Assembly: GCA_000092065.1 (NCBI GenBank)
Contig: CP000583.1
Length of the DNA: 64,000 nucleotides
Reading direction: 5' to 3' (one strand)
DNA from: Ostreococcus lucimarinus
Taxonomy: Eukaryota
Position 1 is the stretch's first letter. Each line of letters begins with the position of its first letter. The position numbers and the translations under genes are program-made. The notes below the pieces were generated by a model. It was not told the DNA's origin. It made no database searches and was given only the letters and a program-made list of their open reading frames with translations. This document shows positions 10,440 through 20,296 of this stretch, one piece after another.

Positions 10440-10563
10440 GTTATTTTCCGGGCCTTTTTTTCCCAGCACGCGCCCGCTCTACCGCCTTCGCTCTCCCATC
10501 GCGTAGTACTCACGTTGAAACAAGTACATGCCAATTTACCTTAAGCTTTTGCGCGTTTCTAAA

Positions 10564-13500
10564 TTACAAAGGCGTTTCGAAGTGTGAACTATCATTGTTA
10601 TCGACGTCATCTGCGCCTAATGATGACGCGACACGATAAGCATTTTCGTCTTCTTCGCGCACGATCGCCGCGGCATAGTCGAGAATTCTAGAGCACGCCG
10701 AGGAGCCGACCACGCACACGGCGAGGAGCCAACATCCGTCGCCCAACGACGAGTCCACGTCGAAGCAAAGGTCATGGGCGTGTGACAGTGGACCAGAGAC
10801 GAACTGTTGCAACGTGCGATTCAAGGCATCGCAGTTCCCGCCGAGCATGAAGGCGAGAAACTGTCTTATTTGTGAAATCGCCGCCACGAATGAAAAGAGC
10901 ATCACGTCCAAGGCGCTCCACGCGTCGACAACTTCTTTGCAAACCAGGAATGCGTGACGTTGTTTCGACGTAAGTGGTAAAGTCCATAAAATGACCATTG
11001 TTGTTATACGCACCAATGGCATGGTAAATGCGAAGATCAACATCGTCCACTCGATCAGTCTCGAAAGCGATGCGTGCAAGTCGGGCGATGCGTTTCGCAC
11101 CTCCGCGGCGACCGATCGTAACGACATGGTGTGTGTCGACGAATCTGGACCGAGCGCGGCACCGGCAACGCCAAGCATTGTGAACCTGATGGCGATTGCT
11201 TTGAATCCAATCACCAATGCCACCATCGTTCCTATCAAAAGCACCGTGGTCGCCACGCCGAGGATCCATTTTTTTGTCTCGCTGTAGCGCATGCGCATCC
11301 ACATGATTTCCGCACTCTCTTCATTATCTTCGTCTTCGTCCGGCGCCCCGGCTTCGCCAAATATGTAGCGGTGCTCGTGGAGATGATGATAACCCGTTGT
11401 GATATGTCCAAGAATCATGGAAAGAACTGTGGCGAGGAGAAAGACGAAGAAACCTCTCTGTGGATGCACCGAAACCGTCAACGCGCCGTAGCCGCTGACG
11501 TCCTCGGGCGTTCTCACTTCAAAGTGGAACAAAACCATAAAGAGCATCAGCACGAACGAGTCGAGCAGCGACCATTTACCAAACGCGTCCAGGTTCTTTA
11601 AGAATTGTCCTCGTGCACGCAGATCAAGCCCTGGTGTCGACCAAGAAATCCACATTGCAACGAGTTTGGCGTACGGCCACACACCGGAGAACAAGAGAAT
11701 GAGCAGCGCAAGCGTGTACACTCCCGCGCGCCACATGTTCAACACGGTGTCTCCGAGAGAGAATGTGAAAACCTCCGGTAGGTAGATGTCTGCACCAGAA
11801 TCTAAGGAGCCCAAATCATGTTTAATGGCTCGAACAGTCACCGTAGCGCCCACACTCGTGTTCGACGCCAAGAACAACAGGCACGTCATCGCATACAGAA
11901 TCGGCATACCAAACTTTGCACTCTTCGGCACTACTATGGAATCGCATAAAGCCGCCTGTCGGTGCATGAGAGATTTCTCATCTACGTCTATGTTACCTTC
12001 CTCGTCTATTTCCGCTTCACCGAGAAGACTTTCGGTGATCATGCTAGTGTCATCCGCCGCGGCTTCAACGCGACGTCCCGAGTGGAACGACGCTCTAGAA
12101 TAGTTTCGTCGCGCCGAAGTTTGTTGAGGCGTCGAGTAAGCGATGCCGCCATCCTCATCATCGCTTTCGTCACCCTCTACTTCCCACTCGTCATCAGCAT
12201 GCGCCGACATTGCCGCCAATTGCTTCATTACGGCTCGAAAACACCAACGACCGAATCGTCCAAGCGCGACGACGAGAGCGAAATGACCGAATAATACAGT
12301 CACGAACATTCCAGCACAGATCGCCGAAGTGTAGAGTAGCGCAATCGAAAACGCTCGCTTGAAGCGAGCTACACGTAGGGACACTCGCGTCATGCGTGGA
12401 CAAGTCGCCGATCGAACGCGGTCGATCCTACGACGTAATTCCTCGTCGAGCGCGTTTCGTGCGGTTGAGCCCAACTGGTGGGACACGGCGAGACGAACCG
12501 CCTCATCGAGCTGTTCCGTGATAAGCAGTGACGTTTGCGTAATCAACGCATCCAGACTTGCTTCAAGCGAGTCATCGCTTTCATCCACGGGGCGATCGCG
12601 GCGCCAAGGATTAACGATGATGGAGCCCGCACGCCCTGTCCAGTCGAGCGAGAGCACGCGCGCGTCCCGAATGGTTTGCGAAACGCACGCCAAATTCGCC
12701 TGCCTCGTCCCTTTCAACTCCTTCAACTCATTTCCATCCACTGCAAGTCCGACTTCGACGACAAACTCTGGATCTCGAAGTTCAAAGCTCACGATCAAAG
12801 GCTCGATCCATGGATCGAGTTGAATATTCGTCGGTAAAATATCCAACACGCCGGAAACGTTGAACAATATGCGATTCCAGCCAATCGTAAAACTAAGCCG
12901 CGTGTCGATACTGCTCGCGTTCGGAACCGTCGGCGATGTCACCACAGACGGACCTCGAAGCGTCTTTGCTGTTTCTAAACCTAAAACTTTGATGTCATAT
13001 ACGATGAACGCCGCGCCTTCAATCGTCGTCGCGACTTCTCGCAAAATATCCTTTGTGAGTGATACGCTCACCTTGGGCAAGTGCGTCTCCGAATCAAATA
13101 ACCAAACCTGAGGTACTTGAACGACGCGTGCGTTGTACTCGTTGTTTTCCTCATTCTGCGCTTCGATCCAACGCGCAAATGCGCTCACAGATCTCACACC
13201 TTGCGCGCCGATATACGACTCGGTCATGTACTCAACCCATCGCACGAGTGGGCTCGCACTCAAGTTCACAATACCATCCGTCGCGTTATAAGTCGGAAAT
13301 GGCGTTGATGCCGCAGGCTTGAGCAGAGACGCAATAGCTCGTTCGTCTCGCGCGAGTTGACCATCCTCCCAGCGCTGCCCTTTCGCCGTTCCGCTAAATT
13401 TCTCTAAACCGTTAGTCGCCGACGCGCACGTGAGAGCGCTGAGCGTCCTTCCTAATTCCGTTCTAATCGCAAGCGAAGCTGTTTTCAATACCGTCGCGAA

Positions 13501-14103
13501 CCGACCTCCTGTAAACAAAAGATCGGTCACCAGTAACTGCGCTTGACAATCGCTCAACTTAACCTCGCGCGGTAGCGGCGGCGCTCGTTCTTTGTCCACG
13601 TCCAGCGCAAACGAGAATCGCGCGCTCGACTGCGACACCGTCGCGGCCGCGTCGCCGACCGCGTGATTTCCCAGTCTATCTGTCACCTTCCACTGCAGCG
13701 CACAATTGAATTTCACATCCGACAATGTTGCGCGCAGTTCTCCTTCACCGTCGCCACCGCCCACGTCGACGGTTGCGGTTGCTGTCGTCTCGCTTGCTAG
13801 AGCGCCCACGGTCAAATTGACGCACGTCATTGCGTCCAATTCCACGTCGATCCCGGCGTAGGGCACGCGAAACGTTTGCTTGGGGAGATCAAACTTGAAC
13901 TTCGCGAGCCACGCGGACAGAGATGAGATCCCTTCGCCATCGCGCGCGTCAGAGGTTTCGCACGACGACGGCACCGCGACGAATCCGAGCGCGGCGACGA
14001 GCGCGAGAACGGCGACGAGACGGTGCGCGCGCACGAAGGACGACGCCGGCGCTCGACGCCTTCTAACCCGCGTCCGCCGCGCGTCGTCGCTTCGACGGCC
14101 CAT
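10564..14103 (-). CDS. Large (1179 aa) signal-peptide protein: ~600-aa lumenal/extracellular domain fused to a C-terminal polytopic PqiA-like (paraquat-inducible protein A family) membrane domain
   Basis: N-terminal hydrophobic signal (LVAVLALVAALGFVAVPSS). The C-terminal half has two repeated membrane modules with the pattern WPYAKL…GKWSLLDSFVLMLF and …DAWSALDVMLFSF…, resembling the duplicated PqiA domain. The lumenal domain is unassigned. Confidence 0.5.
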   Translation of the reverse strand: MGRRSDDARRTRVRRRRAPASSFVRAHRLVAVLALVAALGFVAVPSSCETSDARDGEGISSLSAWLAKFKFDLPKQTFRVPYAGIDVELDAMTCVNLTVGALASETTATATVDVGGGDGEGELRATLSDVKFNCALQWKVTDRLGNHAVGDAAATVSQSSARFSFALDVDKERAPPLPREVKLSDCQAQLLVTDLLFTGGRFATVLKTASLAIRTELGRTLSALTCASATNGLEKFSGTAKGQRWEDGQLARDERAIASLLKPAASTPFPTYNATDGIVNLSASPLVRWVEYMTESYIGAQGVRSVSAFARWIEAQNEENNEYNARVVQVPQVWLFDSETHLPKVSVSLTKDILREVATTIEGAAFIVYDIKVLGLETAKTLRGPSVVTSPTVPNASSIDTRLSFTIGWNRILFNVSGVLDILPTNIQLDPWIEPLIVSFELRDPEFVVEVGLAVDGNELKELKGTRQANLACVSQTIRDARVLSLDWTGRAGSIIVNPWRRDRPVDESDDSLEASLDALITQTSLLITEQLDEAVRLAVSHQLGSTARNALDEELRRRIDRVRSATCPRMTRVSLRVARFKRAFSIALLYTSAICAGMFVTVLFGHFALVVALGRFGRWCFRAVMKQLAAMSAHADDEWEVEGDESDDEDGGIAYSTPQQTSARRNYSRASFHSGRRVEAAADDTSMITESLLGEAEIDEEGNIDVDEKSLMHRQAALCDSIVVPKSAKFGMPILYAMTCLLFLASNTSVGATVTVRAIKHDLGSLDSGADIYLPEVFTFSLGDTVLNMWRAGVYTLALLILLFSGVWPYAKLVAMWISWSTPGLDLRARGQFLKNLDAFGKWSLLDSFVLMLFMVLFHFEVRTPEDVSGYGALTVSVHPQRGFFVFLLATVLSMILGHITTGYHHLHEHRYIFGEAGAPDEDEDNEESAEIMWMRMRYSETKKWILGVATTVLLIGTMVALVIGFKAIAIRFTMLGVAGAALGPDSSTHTMSLRSVAAEVRNASPDLHASLSRLIEWTMLIFAFTMPLVRITTMVILWTLPLTSKQRHAFLVCKEVVDAWSALDVMLFSFVAAISQIRQFLAFMLGGNCDALNRTLQQFVSGPLSHAHDLCFDVDSSLGDGCWLLAVCVVGSSACSRILDYAAAIVREEDENAYRVASSLGADDVDNNDSSHFETPL

Positions 14104-14173
14104 CGTCGCCGCGCAACCCCGTGTGACGATTTAACGACTAAGCGTGCGCGCCGACCATTAACAGAAACTGTAT

Positions 14174-14992
14174 TCAAATTTCATCCTCGCTAAAGTCAAC
14201 GTCATCCAAAGGCGGGAAGTCTCCGCACGACACGTTCTTCGGGCGCTGCAGCGATCCGTACCCATCGTTGCATTCGAAGAGCTTCACCCCTTTCACGGTG
14301 CCGTTGTTCATCCCCACCGGTTCGTCGAACTGCACGCCAATCCAAAATCCCGGCGGCAGCGCCTCGCATCGACCGACGAATTTCACCACCCCTCGCTTGG
14401 CGCCCGGATTCACCTCACACCTCGACCCGACCTCAATCTTCGCCGCGTCTTCTGTCCCGGTGTCGTCGTTCACCTGTTCCGGTGGCACGTACGTCTGTCC
14501 GCGTTGCTCCGCCATGTGTTTTTCAATCGTCCACGACGGATCTCTCGCCACTTGTTCGCGTTTCCATTTTCGATACGTCGACTCGCGCTTTTCGTAATCC
14601 TCGTCCGACATCTCATACTTTTTAACTTTGCTCACGTCCTCGAGCCAACCGTTCGCGGACAACGACTGTGGATCGTTGTCGACGACGTGCAACTCCATCC
14701 CGTCGCTCGCGCCGTAATAGCCCAACTTTCTCGTCTCATCGCCCATCACCGCCACCACCGACCCATCGACGTCGCGCAGCACGAGCGTCATCGCCGACGC
14801 GTTACTCCCGCAGTGCGTCATCAGTTTTCGCTTCACCTCATCGATCGTCTGGTGCGCGTCGAAGCGTATCTCGAGAAAACTCGTCTTGAGATTGCTGTGC
14901 GACACGCGCAAGCGAATCGTCGTCGCCGCCGGTCGCTGTGCGTGCGTTTCCGCGGTGACGTACGCGCGAAGCGCGGCGAGATCGGCGCTCAT
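14174..14992 (-). CDS. TBCB: Tubulin-folding cofactor B (N-terminal ubiquitin-like + C-terminal CAP-Gly)
   Basis: CAP-Gly core GSRCEV…GVVKFVG…GFWIGVQFDEPVGMNNGTVKGVKLFEC. The C-terminal tail …GDFPPLDDVDFSEDEI aligns with metazoan TBCB …GDFPEEDYGLDEI. Confidence 0.85.
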   Translation of the reverse strand: MSADLAALRAYVTAETHAQRPAATTIRLRVSHSNLKTSFLEIRFDAHQTIDEVKRKLMTHCGSNASAMTLVLRDVDGSVVAVMGDETRKLGYYGASDGMELHVVDNDPQSLSANGWLEDVSKVKKYEMSDEDYEKRESTYRKWKREQVARDPSWTIEKHMAEQRGQTYVPPEQVNDDTGTEDAAKIEVGSRCEVNPGAKRGVVKFVGRCEALPPGFWIGVQFDEPVGMNNGTVKGVKLFECNDGYGSLQRPKNVSCGDFPPLDDVDFSEDEI

Positions 14993-15129
14993 CGCGCGCG
15001 AGGCGCGCGTCGTCGCCTCGCGCGCGACGCGGAGTGACGCGACGACGCGACGTCGAAGAAGTCAACGCCGACGACGCCGCGCGTCACTCGCCGACGCGCC
15101 TCGATCGACCGACGCGCGCGCTTCGCGTC

Positions 15130-16380
15130 ATGGTCGCGTCGTGGTTCGCCGCGTGCGTCGTCGCCCTGAGCGCGGCGTCGCGCGTCGCGGGCGCGGCGTG
15201 CGCGGTCGAATCCGACGGCGTCAATTGGTGCCAGGTGTCGTCGTCGTCCACGCCTTCGGGGATAAACATCGCGTACGCCCTCGCGCCGGGCGCGGCGACG
15301 CTGGACGTGCGCGTGCGAGCGACGTTCTCGGGCGCGCACGACCCGGGAAGCGTAGGATGGATCGCGCTCGGGCCGGGGAGCGGGATGTCGAGCGGGGAGG
15401 TGGTCGTCGCGAGCGGCGGCGCGGGTTCGACGACGTATTATCAATTGACGGGACAGTACGCGCCGTCGACGGCGTGTGGGGGGGCGTGTGCGCTGAGCGC
15501 GGCGAGCGTGACGGCGGCGACGGGGTCGAGGACGGTCGTGGTGCGGTATCAAGACGCGAGCGCGAGCGCGGGGGCGACGAAGTCCTTCTTGTACGCGTCG
15601 TCGCCGAGCGCGTGGCCGGCGCAACACACGATGACTCGGCGCGGGGGGCTGATCATCAACTTCTCCACGGGCGATGCGACGTCGATGACGATAAAATCTG
15701 CGATCAAGAGAGACGTCACGCACGGGGTCTTGATGTTGGTCGCCTGGGGCGTGTTGATGCCGACGGCGAGCGCGGCGCCGAGAATGAAATTTTTATTCCC
15801 CGACGGCAAGTGGTTCTTGATGCATCAGATTGGCGTGGTCGTCGGTGCCGTGGTATTCGTCACGGCGGGTGCGATGCTCTTGGCCGAGCACGACGAACGC
15901 GAAGATGCACACAGCGAGTCTAGTACGTTTGACGCGCACAGCCGCATCGGCATCGCCGTCGGTTTTCTTTGGTTGGCGCAGTTTCTTCTCGGCGTGTTTC
16001 GACCGAATAAGAACATCACCGACAGCGCGCGCTTTGGATTCATCCCGTCGAGTTGGCGAAAGGCGTGGTTCCTTGCCCACGCTAGCCTCGGCCCAATCAC
16101 GATCGGTTTGGCCTCCGTCGCGCTCGTCCTCGGCGCCGTACTGATTCGCGATAAATACGTCGGTGAAACCGATTCCGGAGTCAAGTTCCTCGCCGACGGT
16201 GGCGTTTACGGCATCATGGCTGCCGTTTGGTTCGTGTGCGCCTTCGGCGTCTGGCGCGACGGTTTCGCAAAGGCGAAAGGTGGCTTGGAAAATTACGTCG
16301 CGCGCGAACCCACGCCGTCGGAGAGCAATCGCAACGCGCGCGAGATGCGGTTCACCGGCATCACCGTCTCCCGGGGATGA
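15130..16380 (+). CDS. DOMON domain + cytochrome b561 membrane protein (signal peptide)
   Basis: Signal peptide MVASWFAACVVALSAAS, then a ~200-aa beta-rich extracellular domain. Next come 5-6 TM helices with conserved His in helices (HGVLMLVAWG…, MHQIGVV…, AHASLGP…) typical of the cyt b561 core. The upstream part of track ORF 15034 was excluded. Confidence 0.55.
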   Translation: MVASWFAACVVALSAASRVAGAACAVESDGVNWCQVSSSSTPSGINIAYALAPGAATLDVRVRATFSGAHDPGSVGWIALGPGSGMSSGEVVVASGGAGSTTYYQLTGQYAPSTACGGACALSAASVTAATGSRTVVVRYQDASASAGATKSFLYASSPSAWPAQHTMTRRGGLIINFSTGDATSMTIKSAIKRDVTHGVLMLVAWGVLMPTASAAPRMKFLFPDGKWFLMHQIGVVVGAVVFVTAGAMLLAEHDEREDAHSESSTFDAHSRIGIAVGFLWLAQFLLGVFRPNKNITDSARFGFIPSSWRKAWFLAHASLGPITIGLASVALVLGAVLIRDKYVGETDSGVKFLADGGVYGIMAAVWFVCAFGVWRDGFAKAKGGLENYVAREPTPSESNRNAREMRFTGITVSRG

Positions 16381-16561
16381 CGGGAATATGGCGCGGATCG
16401 ACGTCGTCTGACCTCGCGCATCGCGCGCGTCGTTATCATGATTTTTGTAACGCATACGCATCGGTATTCCCGCCGCGCGATGTCACTCTCGCTCGAGCGC
16501 CAAAAGCCCGTCTCCTCCGAAGCGCACGGGCTGGTCGTCACTCGACGACGCGCGCTTCACG

Positions 16562-18625
16562 ATGCCGCCTCGAGCGATCAAAACCACTCGCGGCGCGGTG
16601 ACGGAGGCGAAATCCAAAGGCGGAAAGTCTCCCAAGTCACCCGCGGTGACCCCGCGCACGGCGCGCGCGAACCGAGCGAAGAACCGCGCGGGAAAGCGCG
16701 AGCAGCCGCCGCCGCCGGAAGAGGATGAGGACGAGGATGACGACGACGAGAGCGACGACGAGGACGAGAAGGCGTCCGACGACGACGATGACGATGCGTC
16801 TGAAAGCTCTGAAGACGACGAGGACGAGGAAAGGTCGCAAAGCTCCGACGACGAGAGCTCGGAGGAGGAAGCAGAGGCGAAGAGCGCGAAGGGAAGGAAA
16901 GGCTTTAGCGACGAAAACGCGAAATGGTTGAAACCGAGCGCGAAGAAGCGCGCGGAAGAGAGCGAGGAAGACGACGACGACGACGACGATGAGTCTTCTT
17001 CGTCTTCGGGGGAGGATGAAGACGAATTCGCGGGTTTGGATGGTGTCGGCGACGACGAAGACGAAGACGAAGACGAGGAGTCTTCGGAAGAGGATGGTTC
17101 CGACGGTGAGGAAGGCTCGGAATCGTCGAGCGAATCGTCGAGTGAGGAAGAATTGCTTCCAATCGAGCGTAAGGCTTTGAAAGAAGACGCACGACGGGCC
17201 AAGGCGCAAGAAGACGCGCGCGCGGAGCAGCTCGAGACGAACATTCAAGACGACGACGTATACCAACTCCCGGATTCGGACGAGGAAGATGACGGGATTC
17301 CGGATTTGAGTGCTATTCAGATGCGCATTCAGGAGATTGTGCGCGTTTTGAAGGACTTTAAGAATAGAAGAGAAAGTGGCAAGAGTCGTAACGACTACGT
17401 CGAACGGCTCACGGCGGATTTGGCAACGTATTACGGTTACAATAGCTTTTTGATTCGGTACTTTTTGGACACGTTTAGCGTCGACGAAACCATGGAATTA
17501 CTCGAGGCGAACGAACAGCAACGCCCGGTGACGATTCGCACGAACACTTTGAAGGTTCGTCGTCGCGAACTCGCCGAGAGCTTGATAAACCGCGGAGTCA
17601 ATCTCGACCCGGTCGGGAAGTGGTCCAAGGTTGGCTTACTCGTGTACGACTCGCGTGTGCCCATCGGCGCGACGCCCGAGTACATGGCTGGTCACTACAT
17701 TTTGCAGTCTGCGTCATCCTTTTTACCGTGCATGGCGCTCGCACCTCAGGAAGGTGAGCGCGTGCTCGACATGGCCGCCGCTCCCGGGGGTAAAACGACG
17801 TACCTCGCGGCGTTGATGCGCAATACGGGGATGATTTTTGCAAACGAATATCAAAAGAAGCGTCTGAATTCGCTCGTGGCCAACTTGCAGCGCTTGGGTT
17901 GCACGAACTCCACGGTGTGCAACTACGATGGCCGCGCGCTTCCCAAGGTTATCGGGCACGTCGACCGCGTCTTGCTGGACGCCCCGTGCTCGGGGACCGG
18001 AGTCATCGCCAAGGATAGTTCGGTGAAGACGAGCAAAAGCGCCGAGGACATCGCCAAGTGCGCGCATCTTCAAAAGGAACTTCTCGTCGCCGCTATCGAT
18101 TGCTGCGATGCGAACAGCAAAACCGGCGGTTACGTCGTCTACTCTACTTGCTCGATCGCGGTAGAAGAAAACGAGGCGGTGGTGGATTACATATTACGCA
18201 AGCGAGACGTGAAAATCGTGTCGAGCGGATTGGAATTCGGTCGTAAAGGCTTCACGAGCTATCGCGGTAAGAACTTCCACCCGTCCGTGGAGATGGCGCG
18301 CCGGTTCTACCCTCACGTGCACAACATGGACGGGTTCTTCGTGTGCAAGCTGAAGAAGCTCAGCAACCGAACCGTGCCGACGAGCAACGACGCGTTCGAT
18401 GAAGCTCGCGCGGCGCTCGAGAGCGGGTACTTTGACGTCGGCGAAGACGCGCGCGTAGACGACGCGAACGCCGACGCAGCGACGGAGAAGGATACGGAAA
18501 TCAAGGCAAAGAAGCGAAAACGCGTGCCTGGTTACGTCAAAGCGGCGCTCGCCGAGGTCGAGGCGGAGCAGAAGACGAGCAAGAAGGCGAAGGACAAGGC
18601 GTCAAAGTCATCCAAGAAGAAGTGA
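16562..18625 (+). CDS. NOP2: Nucleolar rRNA (cytosine-C5)-methyltransferase NOP2/NSUN1
   Basis: NOL1/NOP2/Sun catalytic motifs (DMAAAPGGKTTY…, DRVLLDAPCSGTGV, STCS). Long acidic/Ser-rich N-terminal and K-rich C-terminal tails typical of Nop2. Confidence 0.9.
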   Translation: MPPRAIKTTRGAVTEAKSKGGKSPKSPAVTPRTARANRAKNRAGKREQPPPPEEDEDEDDDDESDDEDEKASDDDDDDASESSEDDEDEERSQSSDDESSEEEAEAKSAKGRKGFSDENAKWLKPSAKKRAEESEEDDDDDDDESSSSSGEDEDEFAGLDGVGDDEDEDEDEESSEEDGSDGEEGSESSSESSSEEELLPIERKALKEDARRAKAQEDARAEQLETNIQDDDVYQLPDSDEEDDGIPDLSAIQMRIQEIVRVLKDFKNRRESGKSRNDYVERLTADLATYYGYNSFLIRYFLDTFSVDETMELLEANEQQRPVTIRTNTLKVRRRELAESLINRGVNLDPVGKWSKVGLLVYDSRVPIGATPEYMAGHYILQSASSFLPCMALAPQEGERVLDMAAAPGGKTTYLAALMRNTGMIFANEYQKKRLNSLVANLQRLGCTNSTVCNYDGRALPKVIGHVDRVLLDAPCSGTGVIAKDSSVKTSKSAEDIAKCAHLQKELLVAAIDCCDANSKTGGYVVYSTCSIAVEENEAVVDYILRKRDVKIVSSGLEFGRKGFTSYRGKNFHPSVEMARRFYPHVHNMDGFFVCKLKKLSNRTVPTSNDAFDEARAALESGYFDVGEDARVDDANADAATEKDTEIKAKKRKRVPGYVKAALAEVEAEQKTSKKAKDKASKSSKKK

Positions 18626-18780
18626 TGAAACTCTAGAGCTAAGGTAGATTACAGTATAAGAGCTAAACCAACGAAATTCAAACGAAAGCGCTGCGCGGTA
18701 TCAAATGCGACGCCCGCGATCGACTTCTCGATCGCGATTCGCGTCTCATCGTCACGAATCCGTGCTCGCGCGTTCGTCCT

Positions 18781-19173
18781 TCATCGTCGCCCCCCGCGAG
18801 CGGGCGGCGGCGCGTCGTCCCACTGATGAAACGATTCCCAACCCGGCCGCGCGTACTCCTCTCCCGAAGCGACGCTGAGCATGCGTTTGCGTCGCACTGG
18901 ACCGTGTTTCGCGCACCCGTACGCCCTTTGACCGTTCGAATCGAACGGCGCGTAACCGCGCTTGCACACCGGAAAATCCAACTCGGTTTGCCGTTCGCCG
19001 CGTTCGCACACCGATCCCCACAGCGCGATGGCTTTGACCACCGCCGCGCTCTGTTCGCCGCGTTCCGTTTTTCCCGTCCCTTTCACGTACCCGTACAATT
19101 CGCTGTTCGCCTTTTGCACCGGAAACCCACACACGAAGCCGAACGGACATCGCGCCGTCGCGCTCGCCCCCAC
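18781..19173 (-). CDS. Hypothetical Cys-rich small protein (130 aa)
   Basis: ORF with spaced Cys/His (CPFGFVC…C…C…C…H) in a region without a competing strong ORF. No family recognised. It could be an exon of a larger gene. Confidence 0.2.
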   Translation of the reverse strand: MGASATARCPFGFVCGFPVQKANSELYGYVKGTGKTERGEQSAAVVKAIALWGSVCERGERQTELDFPVCKRGYAPFDSNGQRAYGCAKHGPVRRKRMLSVASGEEYARPGWESFHQWDDAPPPARGGRR

Positions 19174-19439
19174 CTTTGCTCAACAACTCGGTAGGATTCC
19201 CGGGTCGTACCCGTGATGTGCGTCCGCTTCCACCCCTCGCGCGACCTCTCGCTCGCGCGCCGCGCGATCGGACGCCCTGTTCAGCGATCTGTGCAGTTCC
19301 ATCGCGCGTTTCGCGTCGTCGTCGTCGTCCTTCTCGTCGCGCCCATCTTTCGCCGCCGCCGCCATCGCGCCCGTCGGTTCGCGCTTCACTTCGACCGCGC
19401 CCGCGCGCGCGCGCGCCGCGAGTTTCATGCGCACCTTGA

Positions 19440-19450
19440 TGGGCGTGTGT

Positions 19451-19491
<41 letters not shown>

Positions 19492-19500
19492 GCGCGCCAT
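19440..19500. repeat. (GTC)n microsatellite, ~14 units
   Basis: Seen directly upstream of the 19602 gene. Confidence 0.9.
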
Positions 19501-19601
19501 CGTCCCGCCTCGCGTCGCGCGCTGCGGACGCCGCGACGACGCCGCCGGTTCGAGCCCGGTCGGTCGCGCCGTCGACGGCGCGCGGTGCGAATCGGCGCGA
19601 T

Positions 19602-20180
19602 GTGGAACATACCCGCGGCACTCCGACGCGCCGACGCCCGATGTGGTCGCTCGCGCTGGCGTGGGAAAACCTGTGGGGATCGTCCGAGGAGTTCCTGCGA
19701 CGACTCGGACCGCGGTACGTCGCGAACGTCTATCGCGTCGTCGCGACGCTGACGAGCGCGGCGCAACTCTCGAAGCGCAAACACGCGCTGCAGCGAGAGG
19801 TGTCGGCGATGCAACTCGTGGCGGTGGCGCTGACGCTGGTGCCGTACGAGCACGGCGCGTACGTGCACAGCGCTGGGATACAGGCGTTCGCGCTCGGTGT
19901 GATGCTCGTCGCGGCGACCGGACACTGCGGCGCGCAAGCGTTGTATTGCGCGTTCACCAACGCGTTGGCGCACGTGGCGTGGACGGTGCGCCGAGACGCG
20001 TGGCCGATGAACGCGATGACGATGTACGAGTACCAAATTCGGTGCATGATGGCGGGCGTCGTCGTTGGGACGAGCGATTTGTACCGACGCGCCAAGTTGT
20101 GGTACATCGAACTCATGGCGGCGCAGGACGCGGCGGAGCGCGAAAACGCGGCGCGTCTCGACGAGAAGAAGACAGAGTAA
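19602..20180 (+). CDS. Hypothetical small membrane protein (192 aa)
   Basis: Two or three hydrophobic helices, K/E-rich C-terminus. An AATAAA-like signal (gtaataaacg) lies ~40 bp downstream. A weak resemblance to MTP18/MTFP1-type proteins is not established. Confidence 0.35.
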   Translation: MEHTRGTPTRRRPMWSLALAWENLWGSSEEFLRRLGPRYVANVYRVVATLTSAAQLSKRKHALQREVSAMQLVAVALTLVPYEHGAYVHSAGIQAFALGVMLVAATGHCGAQALYCAFTNALAHVAWTVRRDAWPMNAMTMYEYQIRCMMAGVVVGTSDLYRRAKLWYIELMAAQDAAERENAARLDEKKTE

Positions 20181-20296
20181 GCTTCTCGCGGGTGGATTAT
20201 TTTTTAATGTGTAATAAACGTGATGAGTAATACAAGACGCCGAGGTGTCGTAAATGAATCGTTGAGAAATTTCTAAATTGCGTGCGGCGCACTCGA

